Source of the DNA: Octopus vulgaris
Lineage: Eukaryota
DNA: 64,000 nt
Direction of reading: 5' to 3'
Assembly (NCBI GenBank): GCA_951406725.2
Contig: OX597835.1
Span: forward strand, 35,030,001-35,094,000
Shown: positions 1 through 11,953 of the stretch, piece after piece
Numbering within the stretch: position 1 is the stretch's first letter
Layout: each line of letters opens with the position of its first letter
The notes under the pieces: model-generated
Database searches by the model: none
What the model saw: the letters and a program-made list of their open reading frames with translations, nothing else
Told to the model about the DNA's origin: nothing
Program-made: the position numbers and the translations under genes

Positions 1-958
1 CATATATGTACGTACCTACCTCTACATGTACATATACACGCATATATGTGTACAGGACACCAAAAAGACGTCGAACACATAGAGAGACGAAAAACATAGA
101 CACAAACCAAGGAACAGGACAAGAAAAAATGGAGTACAGGACAATTAGCACAACGAAAAAACCCCTTCTTCAGTCGCTAAGGTTTCATCTACTCTACGTT
201 TCGAAGGATAAAAGCGAGACGTATCTTCGAAGAAACTTCCTTCCTGCGAAAAGCAAATCAATTAAAATTCTGAGATCTTTTCGCAGAGGGGTAAAAAATG
301 GTAAAAAAAGCAAGACGGTAACGACAGTACAAACAAATAAACAGTAAAAAATATATATATAAACAGTGGAAAAATAAATATATAACAGTAAGAGACAGGA
401 CAAGGAGAACAGGATAAGAAGGGCTGTTTACGCCAGACGAAAAAAGTATTGCAAACGCTGGATTATAGTGGACGACGAGAGAGCAGGAAATGTCGACCAG
501 TAGCCTTAGAAGGCGGGCGAGAAAAGACAGGATAGCAGTTACGACGGAAGTATCGTCGCAGATGGACGACGGGAATGGGGGAGGAGGAGCAAGAGGAAGG
601 GAGAGAAGAAGGGGAATGGTGCGAGGAGACCATGAAGAATGGTGAGGGGGAGAGAGAGAATGAAGAATGAGAGAGAGAGGAAGAGACAAGTTAAGTGAGG
701 GAAAAAAAGACGAAAAAGGGAATGGGATAGAAAGAAAGAAAGATGCAGAGTCGCGTGAGAGTTAATATCAAGGCTAACTTGATATACAGAACAATCTTAC
801 TTAAGAGGGTGCGTGCGTTTAGTCGTATAATATATTAATAAAAGAATAGAACATATGCATATATATAAACATATATGTACGTACCTACCTCTACATGTAC
901 ATATACACGCATATATGTGTACAGGACACCAAAAAGACGTCGAACACATAGAGAGACG

Positions 959-959
<1 letters not shown>
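1..959 (-). mobile_element. Putative Penelope-like non-autonomous repeat with tandem terminal direct repeat (pseudo-LTR-like)
   Basis: Positions 1-90 (catatatgtacgtacc...catagagagacga) recur exactly at 870-959, followed by (TA)n. A diverged copy of the same end lies at about 38900-39095, also abutting TA. Confidence 0.45.
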
Positions 960-1005
<46 letters not shown>

Positions 1006-1030
1006 TATACATAGATATATACGTATATAT

Positions 1031-1273
1031 ACTCTTTTACTCTTTTACTTGTTTCAGTCATTTGACTGCGGCCATGCTGGAGCACCACCTTTTTTTAGTC
1101 GAGCAAATCGACCCCAGGACTTATTCTTTGTAAGCTTAGTACTTAATTTATCAGTCTCTTTTGCCGAACCGCTAAGTTACGGGGACGTAAACACACCACC
1201 ATCCGTTGTGAAGCGATGTTGGGGGGGGACAAACACAGACACACAAACATACACACACACACATAAACATACT

Positions 1274-1304
<31 letters not shown>

Positions 1305-1466
1305 GATGAGCTTCCTTAAGTTTCCGTCTACCAAATCCACTCAAAAGGCTTTGGTCGGCCCGAGGCTAGAGAGGAAGACACTTGCCCAGGTGCCACGCAG
1401 TCGGACTGAACTAGGAACCATGTGGTTCGTAAGCAAGCTACTTACTACATAGCCTCTTCTACGCCT
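1031..1466 (-). mobile_element. tRNA-derived SINE family B, full length (internal CA microsatellite, 8-bp tail repeats)
   Basis: Minus strand: tRNA-like head (aggcgtag..tggttcc..gttcagtcc), CORE-like cacctgggcaagt, 3' end gtgctccagcatggccgcagtcaaatgactgaaac plus (gtaaaaga)2. At least 5 further copies in the window. Confidence 0.85.
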
Positions 1467-1501
1467 GTATATATATATATATATTGTTTCCTTCTGTGTT
1501 C

Positions 1502-1537
1502 CTTTCTGTGGAAGAGCATAGGCTCGAAACGTAAAAG
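1502..1537 (+). ncRNA. Minimal type I hammerhead-like motif, family 1 (variant core CUGUGGA), in a ~150-bp element (about 1485-1628) between (TA)n tracts
   Basis: cttt CTGTGGA a GAGC atag GCTC GAAA cg TA aaag: stem I cttt/aaag, stem II GAGC/GCTC, palindromic ACGT helix III. Confidence 0.55.
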
Positions 1538-1718
1538 TCTTTTTCAATTCCCGAGCGTTTTACTAATACATGTTTGTTTTGTACACCACCTGTCTTCGTC
1601 TTTTGTTTTTTTTCGTGAATTCCCCCTATATATATATACATAAATATATGTGTGTGTGTATGTATATATATAAAAACACCTATGTGTGTGTATATACATA
1701 CATATATAAATACACACG

Positions 1719-1749
<31 letters not shown>

Positions 1750-2126
1750 TTATATATTCAGCATTGTGTTACCGGTTTCAATCACTTGAATTTAGCCATG
1801 GACAATAGTTTGTAAGGGTTTTTTTGTCGTTTATATCACCCCCCCCATTGCATGTTTCAGTTTGGTACTTATTCTATCGCAATCTGTTTGTCAAACCACT
1901 CTATTATTGCACATAGAAGGACACAACGATAATCTACCATGGCTTTTAGACAGGTGTAAAACAAGCACAGACGCAGAAATAGAAGCATGTGCCGATGCAC
2001 TCTCCCTCGCACACACACGCACACGAACGCATACGAAAATTTTCATCTCAAAGTTTCAGGAGATTAAAAATCCGGAGAGAATTGTATACATGTTTAAAGA
2101 TAAAGGAAGAGAAGGTTGTAGTCTAT

Positions 2127-2538
2127 ATCTTTATTGTCCGCAAGGGGCTAAACTCAGACAGGACAAACAAGGACAGACAAACGGATTAAGTCGATTACAT
2201 CGACCCCAGTGCGTATCTGGTACTTATTTAATCGACCCCGAAAAGATGAAAGGTAAAGTCGACCTCGGCGGAATTTGAACTCAGAACGTAATGGCAGACG
2301 AAATATCTATTTCTTTACTACCCACTAGGGGCTAAACACAGAGAGGACAAACAAGGACAGACAAACGGATTAAGTCGATTACATCGACCCCAGTGCGTAT
2401 CTGGTACTTATTTAATCGACCCCGAAAGGATGAAAGGCAAAGTCGATCGGCGGAATTTGAACTCAGAACGTAGCGGCAGACGAAATACCGCTAAGCATTT
2501 CGCCCAGCGTGCAAACGATTCTGCCCAGCTCGCCGCCT
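2127..2538 (-). mobile_element. tRNA-derived SINE family A, tandem dimer (full copy plus headless copy)
   Basis: A-box-like TGGGCAGAATCGTTTG, B-box GAGTTCAAATTCC, central gactttgcctttcatcctttcggggtcgat domain present twice; junction near 2305. Confidence 0.9.
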
Positions 2539-2857
2539 TACACGTTGTTGTATTATATAGATAAAGCAAAGAAACTCTACTTTCGCCAATTCAAAAGCTC
2601 ATCGGATACTGTATATACCAGTCGGTTTGTATTTTGTTTTGGTTATTAGCTCTGTAGCTTCCAGGCTGTAATTGGTTAGCGGTGCATACTGTAGGAATAC
2701 TAATAAATTATTATTCCCAATTTATCCAATGACAAATTAAATAATTTAATGATGTCAGATATTCTGCAACTTCAACATCTGTTGTAACATTAGTTATATA
2801 TGCCACGCGGTGATAAATATAATAAATAAAGATAAATGTCCCGTGACAGTTTAACAC

Positions 2858-2943
2858 ATCCTACAAATGTTTCAATGGGAATGTAATTTATTCATTATGG
2901 GTATATTATGCAATCAGAAATCACTTGCCGATTCATCAGGTAT
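2858..2943 (-). ncRNA. Degenerate type I hammerhead with long helix II insert
   Basis: Minus strand: atac CTGATGA atcgg...cccatt GAAA catttg TA ggat. Core intact, stems mismatched. Confidence 0.4.
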
Positions 2944-3151
2944 CTGAACTATCCATAGAAAACATCGATTGCAATGTTATGATCCATTAATCTTCTTTCA
3001 TTATATATATATATAGTGGACAGTCCTGTAAAGGGAATCACACTACCGCTATTTAGCCCTACGAAGCATCGACGCTTCCTGTCGGCTTTGACACATTTCC
3101 TGTGCCCTTATATTTGTGAAGGGGAGACAAGCAGCCCCACCAGCGCCTGCA

Positions 3152-3197
3152 CCTAGAGACATGCATGTTTCTGAGTCTTGCTCGTAATCAGTCTAGG
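3152..3197 (-). ncRNA. Type I hammerhead-like motif (core CUGAUUA) in a ~230-bp (TA)n-flanked element (about 3016-3243)
   Basis: Minus strand: CCTAGA CTGATTA c GAG caaga CTC a GAAA CATGCATG TC TCTAGG. Perfect 6-bp stem I, palindromic helix III, GUC site. Confidence 0.65.
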
Positions 3198-3296
3198 ATA
3201 GCAAGGCCTGCTAGCTGCAGATGTTTGCCAAGCCTTCGCAAATATATATATTTTCAGTGAAATCTATTCACTGATCACCAAAATTAGATAATATTG

Positions 3297-3344
<48 letters not shown>

Positions 3345-3626
3345 ACGGAGGCAGGTATACGCAATATAAAGCCAAAAAGAAAAAGTTCAGTTGCTAGAAA
3401 TAAGAGTTAAATGTCCTCATAGCCGCAGGAAGCACATGTCTATGCACTTACACGGGAGATAATTGCCCCACAGCAAGCGAGGTCACCATACTAGTCTAGT
3501 TTCGCTCAGAATTAAAGCTCACCAATGGTGACTTCTCAATCGCCGGATGGTTTGCCTAAATCCAGACTGTCAGTATATAGTATTTACCATATGAATCAGT
3601 GGATGATTCAGTGTAATGGTAATGTG

Positions 3627-3857
3627 AGGCGGCGAGCTGGCAGAAACGTTAGCACGCCGGATGAAATGCTTAGCGGTATTTCGTCTGTCGTTACGTTGTG
3701 AGTTCAAATTCCGCCGAGGTTGACTTTGCCTTTCATCCTTTCGGGGTCGATAAATTAAGTACCAGTTCCGCACTGGGGTCGATGTAATCGACTTAATACC
3801 TATGTCTGTCCTTGTTTGTCCCCTCTATTTTAGCCCCTTGTAGGTAATAAGGAAATA
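3627..3857 (+). mobile_element. SINE family A, full length with target-site duplication
   Basis: A box TGGCAGAAACGTTAG, B box GAGTTCAAATTCC, tail aaggaaatag; ggtaatgtgag repeated at 3618-3628 and 3858-3868. Confidence 0.9.
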
Positions 3858-3916
3858 GGTAATGTGAGAATCACACACACAGACACACACACAGACACAC
3901 AAACACACACACACAC

Positions 3917-5064
3917 CAGGTTATTAAGAATGAAATGTCCGATTTTAAACTGAAAGTTTATTTTACTTTATCTCAACAAAAAGCAATGCAGTTAATCAAA
4001 GTATGCACCTAAATTATCAACACAATTTTGCCATTTTATCAGTAGCTTATTTATGTCAGCACCGAAGAATTCTGGAGAGCAGGACGTAATGAAACATGAA
4101 AGGCTGTTTTTGCATCTTCTTCAGATTTGAAATTTCTTCCTTGCAAAAAGTTGTCTAATGCCTGGAAAACATGATAGTCAGTTGGTGCAAGGTCTGGTAA
4201 ACATGGTGGATGACAGAGTACTTCCAAGTTCAGTTCTTGTAATTTGAGTAGCCTTCTTTGTGCAACATGTGGCGGAACATCGTCTTGCAACAGAATTGGC
4301 CTGTCTCTATTGACCAATCCCGGTTGTTTGATTGCAAGTTTACTCATCAGTTCATCCAGTGGTATACATCCGCTGTAGACCACAAAACAAACGCAACTGT
4401 TTTTTTTTTGGTGAATATTCTTTGTTGGCACTTTGTCTCTATCCAACCACCGCTTGCTATTGTTGAAAAGAATCCATTTTTCATCATAAAAGTGGTTCGC
4501 TTTTATGCCGTGACAGCAGAAAAACAGGCGGTGTGAAGACGACGTGTCATTTGATGCTCATTCAGTTCGTGTGGTATCCACTTGTCCAGCTTCTTTATCT
4601 TGCCTATTTGTTTCAGATCGTCTAATACAGTTGGAATCGAAAGATCAAACATTGCTGCTAACCCACGCGTACTTTGAGATGTATCCCATCATTATCCATC
4701 TTGGTCTCAGGTGCTGATTTTCAAGAGTAAAGTCACCAGACCGGAACTTTTCAAACCATCGACGTACAGTGCGCTCATTCGCCACATCTCCATCAATCAC
4801 CTCATTGATGTTTCGAGCTGTCTGGGATGCATTGGTTCCGCAAGGGAACTCATACTCATAAACAACACGAACTTTTGATCTATGCATGGGTTCACAAAAA
4901 TTGATTTATAAAAGAAAACTAACAATATAATCAGACACCATGAATCGCATTTCGAAAAGTGATGATTTAACTCTTCAATGTTGTGAAACAAGAATCGTCA
5001 ATATAAAACATTAGAGTTAACGACTGTCAAAGTTGGTGCATAAGAAAATCGGGTATTTCATTAT
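3917..5064 (-). mobile_element. Mariner (DD34D-type) DNA transposon, degenerate transposase
   Basis: ORF 4645-4887 gives the mariner HTH (TARNINEV..ERTVRRWFEKFRSGDFTLE). ORF 4051-4446 gives the catalytic end (LLQDDVPPH, HPPCLPDLAPTDYHVF). Inverted ends aatgaaatgtccgatttt / aaaatcgggtatttcatt. Confidence 0.9.
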
Positions 5065-5076
5065 CTCTCTCTCTCT

Positions 5077-5127
5077 GTGCCCCAGCATGGCCACAGCTCA
5101 TTAGCTGAAACTGGAAAAATCAAATAT

Positions 5128-5130
<3 letters not shown>
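5077..5130 (+). mobile_element. Isolated retroposon 3' tail related to the SINE B tail
   Basis: gtgccccagcatggccacagctcattagctgaaact resembles SINE B gtgctccagcatggccgcagtcaaatgactgaaac. Confidence 0.55.
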
Positions 5131-5192
<62 letters not shown>

Positions 5193-5335
5193 TAGTGAAA
5201 AACCACTATAATGTAATTCAAACAATGATAGACGTAAATCACACCATATAGAAAAAATAAAATATATGATAAAACATTTATCTAGATTACAATAAAGTAC
5301 ATAATAATAAATAAACAGTATAGAATTAGTAAATA

Positions 5336-5441
5336 GACTACGTATGTTTTGTGGCGATATCTTCAGTTCGAATTACAATTAAATTTAAATTTAATCGATC
5401 CAAAAACAATTCAATTTAAAAATATAGTCACTCCTCAGGTC
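5336..5441 (-). ncRNA. Degenerate type I hammerhead with extended helix II, in an AT-rich element next to (TA)n
   Basis: Minus strand: gac CTGAGGA GTGAC...~70 nt...GCCAC AAAA catacg TA gtc. Related 3' halves at about 28645-28665 (gccacGAAAcacgtgTC) and 53820-53840 (gtcatGAAAcgcgcgTAgtc). Confidence 0.45.
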
Positions 5442-5552
5442 AACAATAATAACAATAATACTTAAATAATAACAATAATCTTTAATAAATAATCAAACAG
5501 AATTAAACAATATTTCTTATGGCGTCTTTCAGTTTCCGTCTACCAAATCCAA

Positions 5553-7085
5553 TCACAAGGCTCTGAAGCCCAGGCTATCACAATATCTTGTCCTACATCT
5601 TGATGGCAAATTGGGAGTCCTTGGTACTACGCAGTGGCGTCCGGTTCTGGCATTTGTGTGACTCTCGATGCCAAAGTCTGGGACAAGACCCTCCAGGATC
5701 TTCCAGATATATATTATGGCATATCTTTCTCGCCTACGCTCCAGGGAATAGAGCTTTAATCTCTTGAGTCTCTCCCAGTAGCTCATATGCTGCACAGAGG
5801 CTATCTTCTTCGTGTAGCTTCGTTGGATCGCCTCGAGTTCTGTGATCAACTTGACACTAGATGGTGACCATAGCTGAGAGCAATAGTCAAAGTGGCTTAG
5901 GACAAGTGTCCTCCAGAGGACCATCATGGTTTCTTGTTCTCTTGTTCTAAAGGTTCTAAGAATCCATCCAGCCAGCCGTCTACATTTCATTGTCAGTTTA
6001 GCAACATGTACATGAAAGGTCGCGTCATCACTCATGTGAATACCCAGGTCACGCACTGATTGTGCCTCTGGGATTGCAATCCCTCCGGGTCCAGTGTATT
6101 CATTGGGTATTGCATTCAGTTTTGCATGCTGATAGTATAAAGCTTGAAACTTTTCAGCATTGAACTGCATGCTATTCTTTTCAGCCCACTTGTATATTTC
6201 GTCCAGCTCACATTGCAGGTGCTTAGTGTCTTCAGGGTTCTGTATTGCCTGTGAAACTTTTGTATCATCTGCATAACTTGTGATCGTGGCTCTCTGCGTG
6301 GCTGAGGGCATGTCTGAGAGGGCCATTATGAACAGTAGTGGTCCCAAAACAGTGCCCTGCGGAACACCGCTCACTATTTGCGTGCTAATGGAAGCTGCTA
6401 CCACCTGACTTCTATTCTTCAGAAAGTCATGAAGCCATTCTCCTAGTTTTCCAACTATGCCAAGATCACGCAGTTTGTGACATATCATTCCATGATCGAC
6501 TTTATCGAAGGCCTTTGCGAAGTCGAGATATATGACTTCCACATTTGAGTGGTTGAGCAGTTGTTTCAGCACCCAGTCATAGTGCTGCAGGAGCTGAGTT
6601 AAGCAGCTTCTTCCTGGTCGGAAACCATGTTGGGTGTCAGGCAGCAAGTCATTTTCTTCAAGGAAGGTGATTAGTTTCCTTCTGACTATTCGTTCCATGA
6701 CCTTGCTGATGTGTGAGGTCAGAGAGATAGGTCTGTAGTTCTTGGCCTCCGCTCTGCTACCTCCTTTATGAATAGGGCATATTTTACCTTCCTTCAGTTT
6801 TCTTGGAAGTTTGCCAGCTGCAAGGAAGCTCTGAAAGAGGAACTGCAGTGGTCTTGCTAGGACTCTCTTACATACTTTTAGGAGGATTGCCGGGAATCCA
6901 TCGGGGCCAATAGCTGAGTCTGTTTTCATTTCATCTATAGCCTTTATTACATCGTCTTTCTTTATATCGATGTAATTTATCGTCGCCGCCTCTGATTCTA
7001 TATTTGCAGTGGTAAATAAGTCAGTTGGATTGCTGATTTGGAAATGCCCAAGTGGTGGAGTGAAAACACTCTTGAATTGTTCATT
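5553..7085 (-). mobile_element. CR1-type non-LTR retrotransposon, internal ORF2 fragment with open reverse transcriptase domain (ORF 5553-6929)
   Basis: GPDGFP, NYRPISLTS, QHGFRPGRSC, YLDFAKAFDKVDH, SGVPQGTVLGPLLF, YADDTK, VRDLGI and the CR1-typical SYWERLKRLKLYSLERRRER. Similarity continues upstream to (TA)n at 7090; 3' end is missing. Confidence 0.93.
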
Positions 7086-7087
7086 CA

Positions 7088-7169
<82 letters not shown>

Positions 7170-7212
7170 GTATGTATGTATACATGTATACATGTATGTA
7201 TATATGTATGTA

Positions 7213-7257
<45 letters not shown>

Positions 7258-7285
7258 GCGGCAGAGAGAGAGAAAAATAGATAGT

Positions 7286-7331
<46 letters not shown>

Positions 7332-8321
7332 GAGTGAGGTGGACAGAAGCGCACACACGCGCGCGCGCATACACAGTTATTTCTTGTGTTTCTCGTTTGT
7401 TGTCTTCATTTCTTTCTCTTTGCTTTGCGGTTGTTGTTTATTTTGTTTCTTTTCCCCACCTTTTTCTAATTCTTGTCGATACTAATCTCATTGTGGACGT
7501 ATTGTTGTTCTTATTGTCATCATTATCGTTACTACTATTACTATTGTTGTTGTTGTTGTTGTTGTTGCTACTGAGGCTGATGTTGATGTCGGCTGTTTGT
7601 ATGTTTGTCGTCTGCTGTTTGTTGAAATGTTCTTGTGTGTCGTTTGATACTGTCACTGTATATATAACAAATCCTTCACAGCTATACTGCAGTCAACTTT
7701 CTATTTTTCGTTTTAGAAATTTTATTCTACATTTTTAAACAAACTTCTTTACTTTTTCTTCTTCATTTCCTTAAGTTTTTTTTCTTTTACTTGTTATATT
7801 TATACAAATTTTCTTTTGGTGTTTGTTTACTAGCATAATATTGTTGTTATTGCTAATTTGGGAGGAAAAAAAACTGCCTCTGTTATTATTTACCATTTTA
7901 TTTGTCTTGTCTGTTTTTGACAGTTTTTTGTTATTTAACTATTTAGCGTATAGTATTGCCTTCCTTTTTTCTTCCATGTGTGTGTGTGTGTGTGTGTGTG
8001 TGTGAGTTCTTTAACGCCCTCCTTCTCTATCTCTTTTTGTTGTGTTGAATTACGAGTGACGCCATATTAAACGTCATCTCTTTTCTCTTTTCTAATTCAC
8101 GATCAAAATCCATATGAGCACAGGTCTTAGGAATAGGATGGGATAGAATGAAAATGGGGGAGGAGTATGGATATGGGTGAGTGGGGATATTTGATGAGGA
8201 GGAAAAAAATATTGGAAAAGAGTTGACGAAATTACCCCTCTTTCTGTTTTTCCTCTCTTCTTCAGTTTTTTTAGCACTCTGCCTCTCACGTTTTCTTTCC
8301 TCGCTCTTACACTTTCACTTT

Positions 8322-8394
8322 GTCATCATCATCATCGTCATCATCATCGTCATCATCATCGTCATCATCATCATCATCATCGTCATCATCATCG

Positions 8395-8434
<40 letters not shown>

Positions 8435-8577
8435 CGTCGTCATCATCATCATCCTCGTCGTCATCATCATCATCGTCGCCAAGATGTGGCCGCTACGAGA
8501 GTCAAATATAAAGGTCGTCCCTATTCTACCAGCTCACTGCCTTAATAATAATAATGATAATAATAATAATAATAATG

Positions 8578-8614
<37 letters not shown>

Positions 8615-8634
8615 TAATAATAATAATAATAATG

Positions 8635-8665
<31 letters not shown>

Positions 8666-8685
8666 TAATAATAATAATAATAATG

Positions 8686-8719
<34 letters not shown>

Positions 8720-8736
8720 TAATAATAATAATAATG

Positions 8737-8808
<72 letters not shown>

Positions 8809-8812
8809 GTAA
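8322..8812. repeat. (CAT)n and (TAA)n microsatellites
   Basis: Directly visible; explains the poly-I/S/N ORFs. Confidence 0.95.
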
Positions 8813-8814
8813 TG

Positions 8815-9028
8815 CTTTCTACTATTGGCACAAGGCCTGATATTTTGGGAGAGGATAATAGTCGGTTACATCGACTCCAGTGTTTCACTGGTACTTAATT
8901 TATCGATCCCGCAAGGATGATAGGCAAAGTCGACCTCGGCGGAATTTGAACTCAGTACGTTGGGCAGCCGAAATACGGTGAAGCATTTCGTCCTGAGAGT
9001 GCTAAAGATTCTGCCAGTTCGCCGCCTT
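8815..9028 (-). mobile_element. SINE family A, variant 3' end subfamily
   Basis: Same head and central domain; 3' end ...caggccttgtgccaatagtagaaag. Similar variant copies at about 14560-14760 (-), 37065-37280 (+), 61200-61415 (+). Confidence 0.85.
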
Positions 9029-9059
9029 GCTGCTGCTGCTGTTACTGCTGCTGCTGTTG

Positions 9060-9166
<107 letters not shown>

Positions 9167-9167
9167 A

Positions 9168-9210
<43 letters not shown>

Positions 9211-9240
9211 CACTACTAATAATAATAATGGCAATGATAA

Positions 9241-9657
9241 TACAGCAAATATCACAGATTTGCTTGTCAGTTGTTTGACCTTAACCAGTTGATCATGTCC
9301 CTTAGTGGCTGACAATATGTGCATCTTTGATCACGTGCAGAAATAATGGGGGAGCATCAGAGCCATGTGTTGAAAGGAATTCTTTGGGTTTTGAATAATT
9401 CACCTCTGGAAACATAGGTATTTTATTCATAATTCTTAAACGGGCCTTAATCAGGGACCTTTTGAGCAGAATGGGCTATTCGACCCGAAGAAACTGGACC
9501 CCACCTTCAAGGTCATGTGCTGTTTATCTTGATATGAGATCACCATGTCGCACACATATGGTTGTGATGCATGTGCATGGTGTATCCTTATCAGACGGGT
9601 AGTGATGGTGGGTACGCTGGGCTTCATATTTGATGGCAGGCGCTGCTCTCTGACTCA

Positions 9658-9658
<1 letters not shown>
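9241..9658 (+). mobile_element. Unclassified interspersed repeat (retroposon-like 3' region ending in trinucleotide tail)
   Basis: Clearly homologous to about 55010-55462 and to a 3' fragment at 43627-43688; ends ctgctctctgactca then (TAA)n. Confidence 0.75.
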
Positions 9659-9724
<66 letters not shown>

Positions 9725-9746
9725 TAATAATAATAATGATAATAAC

Positions 9747-9839
<93 letters not shown>

Positions 9840-9840
<1 letters not shown>

Positions 9841-11952
9841 GTGCCGCCGAGGCTCTTACGGATGCAAAGATCAACTGCTAATCAATCGTATGATCCTTGA
9901 GAACTGTCACAACAAGCGCAGAAATCTCAGCACCGCATGGATTGACTATAAAAAGGCCTTCGACAGTATACCGCATCCATGGATCTTGAGATCGCTGGAC
10001 ATCTTCAAAATTTCCCCTGTGATTTCAAACTTCCTGATGCACAATATGTCGTTGTGGAATACGAATCTCCAATTATACCACTCTAATGGAGTACTTGCCT
10101 CAGAAAATATAAGCATCAACTGTGGTATTTTTCAAGGTGACTCACTTTCACCTTTAATATTCTGCATAGCCCTAATACCCCTTACAAGTGAATTAAACAG
10201 AACAGGGTATGGGTATAAAATTGCCAATAAAAAAATAAGCCATCTATTTTATATGGATGACTTAAAACTTTATGGTAAAGACAATAATGAACTTGAAGGC
10301 CTATTGCGCACCGTGAAAGCATTCAGCGATGACATCGGGATGGAGTTTGGACTTGAGAAGTGTGCCAAGGCCACTTTCCAGAAAGGGAAAGTGAAGACCA
10401 CAAATTCAGTCATAAGAGAGCTTGAGCAAGAACAAACATACAAACATTTAGGGATAAATGAAGGCTCTGGTATTCAGCATGCAAGCATGAAAGAGAAGAT
10501 CAGGAAGGAATGTTATAGGAGAGTTCGTGCAGTCCTGAAATCTGAACTAAATGCACGTAACAAGGTGTTAGCTATAAATTCCTTAGCAGTTCCAGTTACT
10601 TATAGCTACAATGTGTTGAACTGGAATATGAGTGAAGTAAAAAATATAGATAGGAAAATACGCAAGCTGCTGAGTTGTAATAGGATGCACCACCCAAAGG
10701 CAGATGTAGATCGCCTTTACCTTCCCAGAGCCCAAGGAGGTCGAGGCCTGATCCAATTTGAACTAGCTTACAAAACAACCACAATTGGACTGGCCAAATA
10801 TCTCGAAATATCGAATGACTGGATGCTAAAGCTCGTGGAAAATCACGAGAGACGAAAGAAGCTTCATTCTATCATAAAGGAAAGCAAAAAATTTGCTATT
10901 GATCTCGTGCTGGATACCCAAACTGAACAACCCGAGGGAAGTACGGCAACTATTGTTGCAAAGAAGGTGAAAATGATGGCAATGAAAAAAGCGCACGAGC
11001 AATTGGCTGATAGGTGGGAGGAGAAACCTCTGCACGGCAAATATGTGACCCGCAGCAAACAAGCTGATGTTGACCAGAAGCAAACCCATCAATGGCTACG
11101 GAGCTCAGGTCTAAAAGCAGAGAGCGAAGGTTTCATCCTGGCTGCTCAAGATCAAAGCCTATTAACCCGGAACTACCAGGCCAATGTGATGAAAAATGGA
11201 GCAGACCCAAAATGCCGATTCTGCAACGACATGATTGAAACAGTGGACCACCTAATCTCTGGATGTAAAGTCTTAGCACCAGTGGAGTATAAATTAAGAC
11301 ATGACAGAGTTGGCCAATATCTACACTGGCTAATAAGTCGGCATTACAATATCAAAACTGCCGACAAGTGGTATAATCACCACCCTGAGGCTGTAACTGA
11401 AGGAGAAAATGTAACCATTCTGTGGGACTTTCCAGTACATACAGACCGAACCATCAAGGCCAATAAACCAGATATTGTTGTGAAAGACCAAAACAATAAA
11501 GTTTGCTTATTGATCGACATGAGCATCCCCTGTGATCATAATATCTCAGCGAAAGAGTTTGACAAGCTCAGAAAATATAAAGACCTACTCATTGAAATTG
11601 AGAAAATGTGGCATCTCAAGGCGGTTACAATACCAGTGATCGTAGGAGCACTAGTAATGATCAAGAAGGGAACCGAAAATTATATGAGAATGATCCCTGG
11701 CTTACCATCCCTGCAAGAAGTGCAAAAGATTGTCTTAACTGGTATATTACACGTATTGAGAAGAGCATTGTCGATGTGAGAACTGTTGCTGCTCGTGTAT
11801 TTTAATTTAACTTAAAAAAAAAAAAAAAAAAATGAACGAACTATTGAGTTTGGTTTAATGGCCTACCAATGTATACTATGAGTTTCTTTGCCCTAGGGGT
11901 CGGGAAGACACTCGGCAAGAAATGGAAGCAAATTTGAAAGAAGAAAAAAAAA

Positions 11953-11953
<1 letters not shown>
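9840..11953 (+). mobile_element. Dong/R4-clade non-LTR retrotransposon, 5'-truncated, inserted in (TAA)n
   Basis: Flanked on both sides by (TAA)n; intact ORF; ~175-nt 3' UTR. Dong elements are known (TAA)n-targeting R4-clade elements. Confidence 0.9.
9890..11779 (+). CDS. Retrotransposon protein: RT, CCHC zinc knuckle and restriction-like endonuclease (N-terminally truncated)
   Basis: AWIDYKKAFDSIPH, GIFQGDSLSPLIF, HLFYMDDLKLY, FGLEKC, CRFCNDMIETVDHLISGC, RHD, KPDIVV..LIDMSIP..KLRKY. The frame is open from about 9842 (CRRGSYGCKDQLLI). Confidence 0.93.
   Translation: MILENCHNKRRNLSTAWIDYKKAFDSIPHPWILRSLDIFKISPVISNFLMHNMSLWNTNLQLYHSNGVLASENISINCGIFQGDSLSPLIFCIALIPLTSELNRTGYGYKIANKKISHLFYMDDLKLYGKDNNELEGLLRTVKAFSDDIGMEFGLEKCAKATFQKGKVKTTNSVIRELEQEQTYKHLGINEGSGIQHASMKEKIRKECYRRVRAVLKSELNARNKVLAINSLAVPVTYSYNVLNWNMSEVKNIDRKIRKLLSCNRMHHPKADVDRLYLPRAQGGRGLIQFELAYKTTTIGLAKYLEISNDWMLKLVENHERRKKLHSIIKESKKFAIDLVLDTQTEQPEGSTATIVAKKVKMMAMKKAHEQLADRWEEKPLHGKYVTRSKQADVDQKQTHQWLRSSGLKAESEGFILAAQDQSLLTRNYQANVMKNGADPKCRFCNDMIETVDHLISGCKVLAPVEYKLRHDRVGQYLHWLISRHYNIKTADKWYNHHPEAVTEGENVTILWDFPVHTDRTIKANKPDIVVKDQNNKVCLLIDMSIPCDHNISAKEFDKLRKYKDLLIEIEKMWHLKAVTIPVIVGALVMIKKGTENYMRMIPGLPSLQEVQKIVLTGILHVLRRALSM

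Noticed and set aside
160-208. Possible type II hammerhead on the minus strand (ccttcGAAAcgTA...CTGAAGAagggg), partly shared with 39050-39093
   Set aside because: No stem I can be formed in either copy and stem II is ambiguous.
3627-3715. tRNA genes suggested by A and B boxes
   Set aside because: The boxes belong to SINE heads with no complete cloverleaf and run into repeat bodies.
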